Positions 51,167-59,510 are shown, numbered from the stretch's first letter. The stretch is 64,000 nucleotides of DNA from Clostridiales bacterium (GCA_015055535.1 SVIA01000004.1:1421-65420), one strand, 5' to 3'. Translations and numbers: made by a program. Notes: generated by a model not told the origin, from the sequence alone.

Positions 51167-52510
51167 ATGAAGCTTAAGAATAAAAACGTTTTAGTATATG
51201 GCTTAGGTAAAAGTGGACTTGGTGCAATAAAACTATTAAAAAAGTTAAAATCTAAAATTTTTGTATATGACGATATAAAAGAAAATTTAGAAAATTTTTG
51301 CAATGATAATATTATTAAAGTTTACGAAATTAATGAAGATTTTTTACGAAAAACCGATTTAATTATAGTAAATCCTTGTGTAAGCCAATACTGTGAAAAT
51401 TTAAAACTTGCTAGTTTATTAAAAGTTAAAATGATAAGCGAAATAGAACTAGCATATTTATTTTCAAAAGGCAAAATAATATCGGTTACAGGTAGTAATG
51501 GTAAAAGTACAACAAGTACATTAATATATAACATGTTTAAATTAGCAAACAAAAAAGCTAGTTTGGTTGGGAATATTGGATATAGTTATTCAGAAGAAGT
51601 ATCAAAAAACAAGAAACAAACGTACATTGTAGAAGTTAGTAGCTTTCAACTAGAAACAATAGATAAATATCATTCGAATTGTTCGGCTTTTTTAAATTTT
51701 AGTGAAAATCATTTAGACAGGCATTTTTCGTTAAAAAATTATTTTGAAACCAAATGTAGAATTTTTAATAGAGTAAAAAATAAAGATTTTAAAATTTTAA
51801 ATTACGATGATGAAAAGGTAAAAAATATAAAATTTGATAAAAATTATTATTATTTTAGTTTAAATCAAAAAGTTAAAGGTGCTTATTTTTTTAACGATAA
51901 TATTTATTTTAACAATGGTAAAACCGAAGAATTTATTTTACATAAGTCGAGCATAAAACTAATGGGGGAACATAATATACAAAATGTACTATGTGCAATA
52001 ATTGTAGCTAAACTATATAAAATTAAAAATGAAATTATTAAAAAGGCAGTCGAAAGCTTTTTTGGAATAGAGCATAGAATTGAATTTGTTGAAAATATTA
52101 ACGGGGTAAATTATTATAATGATAGTAAATCTACAACAGTAAAAGCAACATTAACTGCTTTAAATTGTTTTAAAAATAATAGCGTCATTTTAATATTGGG
52201 TGGAAGCGATAAGGGGTTTGATTTTAATGACTTATTTTCAAATATGCCTTCTTACGTTAAATGTATTGTTGCTATTGGTGAAGTAAAAGAAAGAGTTTTA
52301 AACAACGCCAAAGAAAATGGTTTTTACAATGTTTATTTAATAGATGATTTTTTTAATAGTATAAAATTTTCAAAAAATTTAGCCGAAAGTGAAAACTATG
52401 ATACGGTTTTATTAAGCCCAGCTACGGCAAGTTACGATATGTTCACAAGTTTTGAACAACGTGGCGAAACTTTTAAAAATTTAGTAAAGGAATTAAAAGG
52501 TGAAAATTAA
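51167..52510 (+). CDS. murD: UDP-N-acetylmuramoylalanine--D-glutamate ligase
   Basis: GLGKSG N-terminus, GSNGKSTT P-loop, DSKSTT motif. Confidence 0.9.
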   Translation: MKLKNKNVLVYGLGKSGLGAIKLLKKLKSKIFVYDDIKENLENFCNDNIIKVYEINEDFLRKTDLIIVNPCVSQYCENLKLASLLKVKMISEIELAYLFSKGKIISVTGSNGKSTTSTLIYNMFKLANKKASLVGNIGYSYSEEVSKNKKQTYIVEVSSFQLETIDKYHSNCSAFLNFSENHLDRHFSLKNYFETKCRIFNRVKNKDFKILNYDDEKVKNIKFDKNYYYFSLNQKVKGAYFFNDNIYFNNGKTEEFILHKSSIKLMGEHNIQNVLCAIIVAKLYKIKNEIIKKAVESFFGIEHRIEFVENINGVNYYNDSKSTTVKATLTALNCFKNNSVILILGGSDKGFDFNDLFSNMPSYVKCIVAIGEVKERVLNNAKENGFYNVYLIDDFFNSIKFSKNLAESENYDTVLLSPATASYDMFTSFEQRGETFKNLVKELKGEN

Positions 52511-53630
52511 TTTTAAAAAAGTTTTTACAAAAAATAAAGGCACAAATTTTTGGCTACTATCTAGCACCATTTTACTTGTTTTAATTGGACTAGTTTTTGT
52601 TTATAGTGCTAGTTCTTACTCTGCTGAAATTAATTATGGAAACAAATATTATTTTTTAATAAAACAATTAGTCGGTGTAATTTTGGGAACAGGAGCATTA
52701 ATTCTTACTAGTAAAATTGATTATAACATTTATAAAAAATATAAAATTCCAATTTTAGTTGTATCAATTATTTTATTAGCACTGGTTTTTATTCCCGGCT
52801 TAGGAGTGGCGAACTATGGTGCCAGAAGATGGATAAGATTACCCGGTTTTACAATTCAACCAAGTGAAATTGCAAAATTTGGTTTTGTTGTTTTTTGTGC
52901 TGCATATCTATCAAAAAATAAAGATATTGTACATAGCTTTAAAGGGATTTTACCCGTTTTAGCTGCTGGTGGCATTTTATGTGTTTTAATAATGCTTGAA
53001 CCAAATATGAGCATTACAATTTGTGTTGGGTTAACTATGTTTCTAATGCTATTTATTGGTGGCGCTAAAATAAAGCATTTTTTAATTTTAGCTCTTCCAG
53101 TTTTGGCTCTTGGAGTTTTACTTATAATATTAGAACCTTACAGATTACAGCGTTTAATGGCTTTTATTAATCCCTGGGCAAATCCACAAGGTGAGGGTTA
53201 TCAATTAATTCAAAGTTTATATAGTTTATCTTCTGGTGGACTTTTTGGTGTAGGGCTTTTTAATTCAAGACAAAAATATTTATTTTTACCATTTTCAGAA
53301 AGTGATTTTATTTTTTCCATAATAGGTGAAGAAACAGGCTTTTTAGGTTGTTTAACCATAATAGCAATTTTCGGTATAATGATATATCAATGTATTAAAA
53401 TCGCCCACAACGCAAAAGATCGTTTTGGTTGTTATCTAGTAACAGGCATAGTTTCTGTTATTGCAACTCAAGTGTTAGTAAACATTGCAGTAGTTACTGG
53501 CTCAATTCCACCAACCGGAGTTCCGCTTCCGTTTATAAGTGCAGGTTCAACAAGTTTGCTTGTCTTTATGTCTGCGATAGGTGTCGTGTTGAATGTAGAT
53601 AGACAGAGTAGGAATAAAGTGATTCAGTAG
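52500..53630 (+). CDS. ftsW: peptidoglycan glycosyltransferase FtsW/SpoVE (SEDS family)
   Basis: 10-TM SEDS protein. QPSEIAKF, ESDFIFSIIGEE, PPTGVPLPFISAGSTS motifs. GTG start overlapping the murD end. Confidence 0.9.
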   Translation: MKINFKKVFTKNKGTNFWLLSSTILLVLIGLVFVYSASSYSAEINYGNKYYFLIKQLVGVILGTGALILTSKIDYNIYKKYKIPILVVSIILLALVFIPGLGVANYGARRWIRLPGFTIQPSEIAKFGFVVFCAAYLSKNKDIVHSFKGILPVLAAGGILCVLIMLEPNMSITICVGLTMFLMLFIGGAKIKHFLILALPVLALGVLLIILEPYRLQRLMAFINPWANPQGEGYQLIQSLYSLSSGGLFGVGLFNSRQKYLFLPFSESDFIFSIIGEETGFLGCLTIIAIFGIMIYQCIKIAHNAKDRFGCYLVTGIVSVIATQVLVNIAVVTGSIPPTGVPLPFISAGSTSLLVFMSAIGVVLNVDRQSRNKVIQ

Positions 53631-53647
53631 TGAATCACGAAAGATTC

Positions 53648-53696
53648 AAAAATGTATACTTATACAGTATGCATTTTTTTGTTTATGTGTTACACT
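53648..53696 (+). promoter_or_regulatory. ftsW terminator hairpin plus cassette promoter module (copy 0)
   Basis: aaaaatgtatac..gtatgcattttttt hairpin/T-run, then TGTGTTACACT extended -10-like box. TAGGAGA SD before 53716. Confidence 0.55.
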
Positions 53697-53715
53697 AAAA
53701 TAGTAGGAGAATAAT

Positions 53716-54678
53716 ATGAAACTAAAAGAAATATTAGATTGTAAGTTGGGTGTTGCAATTAATACAGAAAATATAAAAACACACAAAGATTTAATAATTA
53801 ATGAATTTAATAGTGTTACTTTTGAAAATGCGTTAAAATTTAACTATAGAATAAAAGAAGATTATTCTTATGATTTTTCCGATGCGGATAAACTTTATAA
53901 ATTTGCAATGGACAATAATTTGGCTGTTAGGGGGCATTGTTTGGTTTGGCATAACGGATTTCCAAAACATATATTAGGTAATTTAAGCAAAAATCAACTG
54001 CTTAATGAAATTAGAAAATACGCAAAAGAAGTTAAGAAAAGATATCCTAAAATTTATGCTTGGGATGTTGTAAATGAAATATGTTCAATGGCGCAAAAGG
54101 GATTAAGAAAAACACCATTTTATGAAATAATTGGAGAAGATTATATTGAGGAGTGTTTTAAAATTGCAAGAGAAGAGCTTGGGCAAGATGTAGAATTATA
54201 TTATAACGAAGAAGATGAATGGTTCCCTGAAAAAATAGAAGAGATTATAAAAATTGCTAAAAAATTAAAAGAAAAGAATGTTCCAATAGATGGGATAGGT
54301 TTGCAGTGTCATATTTCTTGTTTTGAAGACATTTCTCAATATAGATATTTATTAGAAAATATTAGACAATTAGGACTAAAATGCCAAATAACAGAAATGG
54401 AAGTATCGGTATACGATTGGACCGATGGGAATTATAAAGAATGTCCAAAGGAAATTTTGGATAAGCAAGCAGAGGTTTATTTAACAATGTTTAAGTTGTT
54501 TAATGAATATAAAGATATTATTAATTCAATAACTTTTTGGTCGGTAAGTGATGGTTGTACTTGGCGTGATATGTGGCCGGTTGAAAATAGAAAAGATTGG
54601 CCAACACTATTTAATGAAAATGATAAACCTAAAGAAGTATACAATAAAGTAGTTGACCAATTAAATAAAAATTCATAG
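53716..54678 (+). CDS. glycoside hydrolase family 10 (xylanase-like), no signal peptide
   Basis: WDVVNE (acid/base) and ITEMEVS (nucleophile region) GH10 signatures. The stop TAG lies inside the junction motif. Confidence 0.8.
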   Translation: MKLKEILDCKLGVAINTENIKTHKDLIINEFNSVTFENALKFNYRIKEDYSYDFSDADKLYKFAMDNNLAVRGHCLVWHNGFPKHILGNLSKNQLLNEIRKYAKEVKKRYPKIYAWDVVNEICSMAQKGLRKTPFYEIIGEDYIEECFKIAREELGQDVELYYNEEDEWFPEKIEEIIKIAKKLKEKNVPIDGIGLQCHISCFEDISQYRYLLENIRQLGLKCQITEMEVSVYDWTDGNYKECPKEILDKQAEVYLTMFKLFNEYKDIINSITFWSVSDGCTWRDMWPVENRKDWPTLFNENDKPKEVYNKVVDQLNKNS

Positions 54679-54827
54679 TGCAATAACTGATGTTAAGGGG
54701 TTCAATACCGCCAACAGGTTTACCGTTGCCTTTCATTAGTGCTGGCTCAACTTCGCTGTTGGTTTTTATGAGTGCGATAGGGGTTGTGCTGAATGTCGAC
54801 AGGCAATCAAGAAAAGGTAGACTTTAA
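54674..54827 (+). repeat. displaced ftsW 3'-end copy R1
   Basis: Junction CATAGTGCAATAACTGATGTTAAGG, then a frame encoding GSIPPTGLPLPFISAGSTSLLVFMSAIGVVLNVDRQSRKGRL*. Confidence 0.9.
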
Positions 54828-54841
54828 TTTTTTATAATAAG

Positions 54842-54894
54842 TGTATACAAAGTGTAAACATTTTGTATACATTTTTTATTTTTTGTGTTATATT
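54842..54894 (+). promoter_or_regulatory. terminator/promoter module (copy 1)
   Basis: tgtatacaaa/tttgtataca 10-bp hairpin plus T-run, then TGTGTTATATT. Confidence 0.5.
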
Positions 54895-54903
54895 AAATTT
54901 AAT

Positions 54904-55341
54904 ATGAAACCTAATTATGAATTAATAGAAGCAAAAAATGAAGATTTTGAATTTATAAAAAATGCAAAGATCATAACGATTTTTGATTATGCAAAAAATA
55001 TTTCAGATGAAGAAAGAGAAGATATTCTATCTTATGTTAATAGATTTACAGAAAAATTTTTGAAAGACTATAAAATTATTTCAAAAAACAATATAAAATG
55101 TGGAGTATTTTTAATTAGAGATTATGAAGATGGTGTATTACTTGATGAAATTTATTTATTGCCAGAGTACCGAAATTTAGGGATTGGTTCTAATATAATA
55201 AAAAGCGAAATAGTAAAGCATAGTAAAGTATATTTATGGGTGTATAAAGAAAATTTAAAGGCTATAAATTTATATAAAAAACTGGGTTTTGTTGTTTTTA
55301 AAGATGAAGCTGAAAGATATTTAATGCTTTATAGTAATTAA
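54904..55341 (+). CDS. GNAT family N-acetyltransferase
   Basis: LLPEYRNLGIGSNIIK acetyl-CoA motif A. The ATG at 54904 has no SD and lies ~9 nt after the -10 box, so it may be leaderless. The GTG at 54841 lies in the hairpin and is unlikely. Confidence 0.75.
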   Translation: MKPNYELIEAKNEDFEFIKNAKIITIFDYAKNISDEEREDILSYVNRFTEKFLKDYKIISKNNIKCGVFLIRDYEDGVLLDEIYLLPEYRNLGIGSNIIKSEIVKHSKVYLWVYKENLKAINLYKKLGFVVFKDEAERYLMLYSN

Positions 55342-55426
55342 TATAACGGCTGATTGTAAAAGTTTAAATAACTTAAATTTAAAACTAAAATAACACTTTT
55401 TAATGTAAATGTGTGCAAGTTTAAAT

Positions 55427-55461
55427 AATGTGTATACATTTTAAATTTTTTGTGTTATAAT
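55427..55461 (+). promoter_or_regulatory. terminator/promoter module without ftsW tail (copy 2)
   Basis: aatgtgtatacatt, T-run, TGTGTTATAAT. CAGGAG SD before 55485. Confidence 0.5.
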
Positions 55462-55484
55462 AAAAAAACAGGAGAAAATTTTTT

Positions 55485-56024
55485 ATGTTTGAAACAGAAA
55501 GGTTAATTATTAGAAGATTTATGCCAAGTGACGCTATTGATATTTATGAAGCGTGCAACGATTATGAAATGGTAAAAACCACACTAGGTTTGCCTTGGCC
55601 TTATACAAAAGAAATGGCAGAAGGCTGGGTTGGCAAAGTGGCACAAAGGGAAGAAGAAGGTTCTTCTTACGAATATGCAATTTGTTTAAAAGATAATCCA
55701 GATAAGATTGTTGGTTGCATTGCGTTAATGGATTTTAATAACAAAGCAAGAAGGGCAGAAATGGGTTATTGGGTTGCAAGAAAATATTGGAGAAATGGTA
55801 TTGCAACAGAAGCTGCAAAAGCTATGCTTAACTTTGGGTTTGAAAAACTTAACCTACATAGCATTATAGCTAGATATTTCGACATTAATCCTGCTAGTGG
55901 TAGGGTTATGGAAAAAGCCGGAATGAGATATGTTGGGACAATTAGAGATCACGAATTTAGATTTGATAAATTCTTTAACGTTGGCTACTATGAAATGTTA
56001 GAAACAGATGAAAGGGAGCAATAA
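55485..56024 (+). CDS. GNAT family N-acetyltransferase (RimJ/RimL-like)
   Basis: ETERLIIRRF start, YWVARKYWRNGIATEAAKAML motif A. Confidence 0.85.
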   Translation: MFETERLIIRRFMPSDAIDIYEACNDYEMVKTTLGLPWPYTKEMAEGWVGKVAQREEEGSSYEYAICLKDNPDKIVGCIALMDFNNKARRAEMGYWVARKYWRNGIATEAAKAMLNFGFEKLNLHSIIARYFDINPASGRVMEKAGMRYVGTIRDHEFRFDKFFNVGYYEMLETDEREQ

Positions 56025-56038
56025 ATTTGCTCTTTTTT
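56016..56038 (+). terminator. cassette-end terminator (stop codon in the loop)
   Basis: gagcaa-taaa-tttgctc plus T6. Near-identical copy at 58489-58511. Confidence 0.6.
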
Positions 56039-56050
56039 AATGCAAAAAAC

Positions 56051-56205
56051 TTATAGTGCAATAACTCGTGATAAGGGGCTCTATTCCGCCAACCGGAGTT
56101 CCACTACCATTTATCTCTGCGGGTAGCACAAGTTTGCTAGTCTTTATGTCAGCGATAGGAGTTGTATTGAATGTTGATAGACAGAGTAGGAAAGCAAAAA
56201 TTTAA
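56051..56205 (+). repeat. displaced ftsW 3'-end copy R2
   Basis: TTATAGTGCAATAACTCGTGATAAGG junction, then GSIPPTGVPLPFISAGSTSLLVFMSAIGVVLNVDRQSRKAKI*. Confidence 0.9.
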
Positions 56206-56217
56206 GTTTTTTAATGT

Positions 56218-56251
56218 AAATGTATACATTTTTTTGTTTGTGTGATATACT
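56218..56251 (+). promoter_or_regulatory. terminator/promoter module (copy 3)
   Basis: Perfect palindrome aaatgtatacattt, T-run, TGTGATATACT. TAGGAGA SD. Confidence 0.5.
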
Positions 56252-56267
56252 AAAAAGGTAGGAGAAA

Positions 56268-56924
56268 ATGCAAATGAAAAAATTTTATTCAAGTATAATT
56301 AACCTAAAAGATAAAGAGTTGAATTGGAAAAATCAAAATTATTGTTATGCTACTACAATTTTTGTGGTGATAATGATTTTTGTATTAAGTAATATTCTGT
56401 CATCTAAAATATACGAAATTCTTATCACTAATAGTTTTTGGAATTGTTTTTTAATGTCTTTATATCCTAATTTTAGCATGATAATGTTTGGGGCTGTTAG
56501 TTTGTACTTGGAACGTAAATATGGTTCTTTAAATTATTTACTTGTAGTTTTAATGTGTTTGCCGATTGCTAATATTGTTAATTATTCATTTGAATTTTTG
56601 CAAGGTTCTAATTTAGGCTGGGCTGGTTCAATGGGATTTTCTTGCATGGCATTTTTAATGACTGGAATTTTTGTTATAGATTTTATTTTCAGTTTTAAAC
56701 ATCATTTAAAAGATAAATTGAGTTTAATTTTTCCAATTATTATAATCATAATTTGTATAATATTTATGTGTATCAATTTGCCAAATGATATAACACCAAA
56801 TTTTCACTTTGATTTTTTTGGTAGATTGGTGGAAAATTGCGGACATTATGGGCCTTTCATATTTGGGGTTATTATGAGATTATTGGCATTTTTATTTTGT
56901 AAAGATAATAATAAAATTTTATAG
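56268..56924 (+). CDS. polytopic membrane protein, rhomboid-like
   Basis: 6 TM helices. ERKYGS, GWAGSMGFS and GHYGPFIFG segments resemble rhomboid TM2/TM4/TM6 motifs, but the match is weak. The stop TAG is inside the junction motif. Confidence 0.55.
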   Translation: MQMKKFYSSIINLKDKELNWKNQNYCYATTIFVVIMIFVLSNILSSKIYEILITNSFWNCFLMSLYPNFSMIMFGAVSLYLERKYGSLNYLLVVLMCLPIANIVNYSFEFLQGSNLGWAGSMGFSCMAFLMTGIFVIDFIFSFKHHLKDKLSLIFPIIIIIICIIFMCINLPNDITPNFHFDFFGRLVENCGHYGPFIFGVIMRLLAFLFCKDNNKIL

Positions 56925-57076
56925 TGCAATAACTCGTGATAAGGGGCTCTATTCCGCCAACCGGAGTTCCACTACCATTTATCTCTGCGGGTAGCACAAG
57001 TTTGCTAGTCTTTATGTCAGCGATAGGGGTTGTTCTCAACATAGATAAACAGAGTAGGAATAATAAGATTCAGTAG
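56919..57076 (+). repeat. displaced ftsW 3'-end copy R3
   Basis: The first 109 nt are identical to R2. The tail ...VVLNIDKQSRNNKIQ* and the downstream TGAATCA.. resemble the resident ftsW end. Confidence 0.9.
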
Positions 57077-57094
57077 TGAATCATAAAGAAACAA

Positions 57095-57139
57095 AATGTA
57101 TGCGATTTCGTATACATTTTTTATTTTTTGTAGTATACT
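57095..57139 (+). promoter_or_regulatory. terminator/promoter module (copy 4)
   Basis: atgtatgcga-tt-tcgtatacat hairpin, T-run, TAGTATACT. AGAGGG SD. Confidence 0.5.
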
Positions 57140-57156
57140 CTTAGTTAGAGGGTAAA

Positions 57157-57678
57157 ATGAAACATTTAGAATTTGTTAAACTGAATAAAGATAATTTTGA
57201 AAAAGTGTTGACCATTAAACATTTGGCGTTTCCTGAATCAAATTCAGATGATGATTATGTAAAGTATTTTGCCAATGAAGTTAAAGCTAACTATTATTTA
57301 ATAGAGTTTAACGGAGATCCTTGTGCTACTATTGGCTGGTATGACTTTGATGGACAAAAAAGAAATGCCTTTGTTGGTTGGTTTGCGGTTTTGCCAGAGT
57401 ATCAAAATAAAAAGATTGGAACGCGAGCATTAAATTATATAGTTGATGAAGTTAAGTCTTTGGGGTATCAATATTTAAGGGTGTATACAGATAAAGTTGT
57501 AAATTATATCTCAACCAAGTTATATGATAAAATCTTTGACATAAAAGAGAACTATACATACCCTGATGAAATTGGCAAAACAAATAATTTTATTGTTTAT
57601 ACAAAATTCTTAACCGACAAACAAGAAAGATGGAACAACAAACCTTTGAATGAAGATGATAATTATGATTTAGATTAG
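57157..57678 (+). CDS. GNAT family N-acetyltransferase
   Basis: FAVLPEYQNKKIGTRALNYIV motif A. The stop TAG is inside the junction motif. Confidence 0.75.
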   Translation: MKHLEFVKLNKDNFEKVLTIKHLAFPESNSDDDYVKYFANEVKANYYLIEFNGDPCATIGWYDFDGQKRNAFVGWFAVLPEYQNKKIGTRALNYIVDEVKSLGYQYLRVYTDKVVNYISTKLYDKIFDIKENYTYPDEIGKTNNFIVYTKFLTDKQERWNNKPLNEDDNYDLD

Positions 57679-57827
57679 TACAATAACTCGTGTTAAGGGG
57701 TTCAATACCGCCAACAGGTTTGCCTTTGCCGTTCATCTCTGCCGGCTCAACTTCACTGTTAGTTTTTATGAGTGCGATAGGGGTTGTGCTTAATGTAGAT
57801 AGGTAGAGTAGAAAGAGTAAAATATAG
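57676..57827 (+). repeat. displaced ftsW 3'-end copy R4 (with internal CAG to TAG change)
   Basis: TAGTACAATAACTCGTGTTAAGG junction. GSIPPTGLPLPFISAGSTSLLVFMSAIGVVLNVDR, then TAG where other copies have Q. Same subfamily as R1. Confidence 0.9.
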
Positions 57828-57871
57828 TTTTGTATATTGCAATTATTTTAAAAATATGTTATCATAAAAAT

Positions 57872-58498
57872 ATGAAAAATTTATTTATTTTATTGTTTCC
57901 ACAAAAAGAATATGTTGCTGGATATTTTACCGAAGAAGATATATCATTATTTAATGATTGTATTAGAAAAAGATATATTGAAAAAGGATATGACTTTTGC
58001 ATTGCTACCTTTAAAAATTCAAATATGGGTATAGTTTCTTTAAAACCTCATATTATTGTTAATGCCAATATAACTTTTGGAGAGTCAAGTCCATATACCT
58101 GCAAAAATTGGAAATATGCAGATTTTAAAAATCTAGCAGAGAAAGTCGATGTTGATAAATATGCTAATATTGCTGTTGGTGGTTTTCATTGTTATGATTG
58201 TGTTGAAAAATTTGCTAATGAAATTTATTTAACTAATCCTAATGTAATAATCGATACAGATTTGACTGAATTGTTTAGAAATGCATATCGATATGAAGAA
58301 AGTTTTAATATAGAAAAATTTAATCTAAATTTAAAATTAAAAAGAGTTTATAGTGATGGATATATTCCATTAGAAACATTAGAGAGACTACAAGAAAAAT
58401 TTCAAAAACCGATTTGGGGTATCTCTTCTAAAGTTTTAAAGTTTTTAGAAAAAATAATTCAAAAAGAGAAAGAAAACAATATTACTAAAGAGCAATAA
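57872..58498 (+). CDS. hypothetical protein
   Basis: ORF from MKNLFILLF. TTGCAA..TATCAT promoter-like boxes upstream. No motif recognised. Confidence 0.55.
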   Translation: MKNLFILLFPQKEYVAGYFTEEDISLFNDCIRKRYIEKGYDFCIATFKNSNMGIVSLKPHIIVNANITFGESSPYTCKNWKYADFKNLAEKVDVDKYANIAVGGFHCYDCVEKFANEIYLTNPNVIIDTDLTELFRNAYRYEESFNIEKFNLNLKLKRVYSDGYIPLETLERLQEKFQKPIWGISSKVLKFLEKIIQKEKENNITKEQ

Positions 58499-58511
58499 TT
58501 TGCTCTTTTTT
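58489..58511 (+). terminator. cassette-end terminator (second copy)
   Basis: agagcaa-taa-tttgctct plus T6. The ORF also ends ..EQ*, as at 56016. Confidence 0.6.
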
Positions 58512-58524
58512 GTTATTTAATTTT

Positions 58525-58615
58525 ATAATACAATAACTGATTTTAAGAGGTTCAATTCCTCCAACTGGCTTGCCACTACCATTTATCTCTGCCGGCTCAA
58601 CTTCGCTATTATTTT
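58525..58615 (+). repeat. truncated displaced ftsW 3'-end copy R5
   Basis: TATAATACAATAACTGATTTTAAGA junction, then GSIPPTGLPLPFISAGSTSLL. Similarity is lost after that. Confidence 0.8.
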
Positions 58616-58786
58616 TTAGCGAGGCGCAAGAATTTTTTTGTAGTGTTATTGTATTGTTTTAAAAATGGGGACGGGGATTGAAAAGAACAATAAGTGTAAA
58701 AGTTTACAAATTAATATTGACATAAATAGGAAAATTTGATATTATATGAATGAATTAAAATAACATTTTTTGGAAGGAAATATATT

Positions 58787-59344
58787 ATGAGTTATGAAAA
58801 AATTACTGGTTATTTTGTTGACATAAGTGAAAATGATCACAAAGATTTGATTAGTACAAATGATGAATATGCAGAAATTAGTTCTATTATTAAGGATTAT
58901 GAAACTTGTTTATGGTTGGAAAGAAAATATTTTTCAATACAAAAGTGGGATAATGAGAATGATCCAGAATTTAGAGAAGCTTATTATATTTATGACCCTA
59001 ATTTGGCAAAAGAAAATAAAGTATTTTTTGAAAAATGGCCAAAGAAAAGAGAAAAACTTATTGCAAAATTAAATGAGCATAAATATTTATTTAAGACTGC
59101 AAAAAATCGTGACGAAGATATTCTTAAGCACGGTGATATAATATTTAAAGAACTTAAATCGTATTATGAAAAAGATGACAGTTTTTGTAAACTTAAAAAC
59201 GATTTAGAAGAAAAAAGTGTAAAGAGTAATAATGGGGATATTTTATACGATTATATAGTTAAACTTTATGCTAGAAGAAAAAAAATGGTTAAAGAATATT
59301 TGTCTGAAAAGAAAGAATCATTAGAAGGCGAGTTGTCGCTATAA
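58787..59344 (+). CDS. hypothetical protein
   Basis: TTGACA-17nt-TATTAT promoter at ~58717-58745. GGAAGGA SD. 185-codon ORF. Confidence 0.55.
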   Translation: MSYEKITGYFVDISENDHKDLISTNDEYAEISSIIKDYETCLWLERKYFSIQKWDNENDPEFREAYYIYDPNLAKENKVFFEKWPKKREKLIAKLNEHKYLFKTAKNRDEDILKHGDIIFKELKSYYEKDDSFCKLKNDLEEKSVKSNNGDILYDYIVKLYARRKKMVKEYLSEKKESLEGELSL

Positions 59345-59366
59345 ACTAAAATTAGATATTTTAATG

Positions 59367-59422
59367 AAAATGTATACAATTGTAATCAAAATGTATACAT
59401 TTTTTTGTTTGTGTGTTATTAT
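59367..59422 (+). promoter_or_regulatory. terminator/promoter module without ftsW tail (copy 5)
   Basis: Two aaaatgtataca copies, T-run, TGTGTGTTATTAT. A second TGATATAAT box lies at 59481-59489. Confidence 0.45.
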
Positions 59423-59510
59423 AAATTTATAATGAAACTGTTCATTTAGTGTCAATAGGCTTTGAAAAATGTTTTTGGTGTGATATAATATACGCATAGG
59501 AGAATTATAG

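Noticed and set aside
53499-58615. Could the regularly spaced repeats be a CRISPR array?
   Set aside because: The repeats are ~130-155 nt, protein-coding in origin (the ftsW tail) and divergent in sequence. The 'spacers' are 0.6-1.2 kb complete genes. No cas genes are present.
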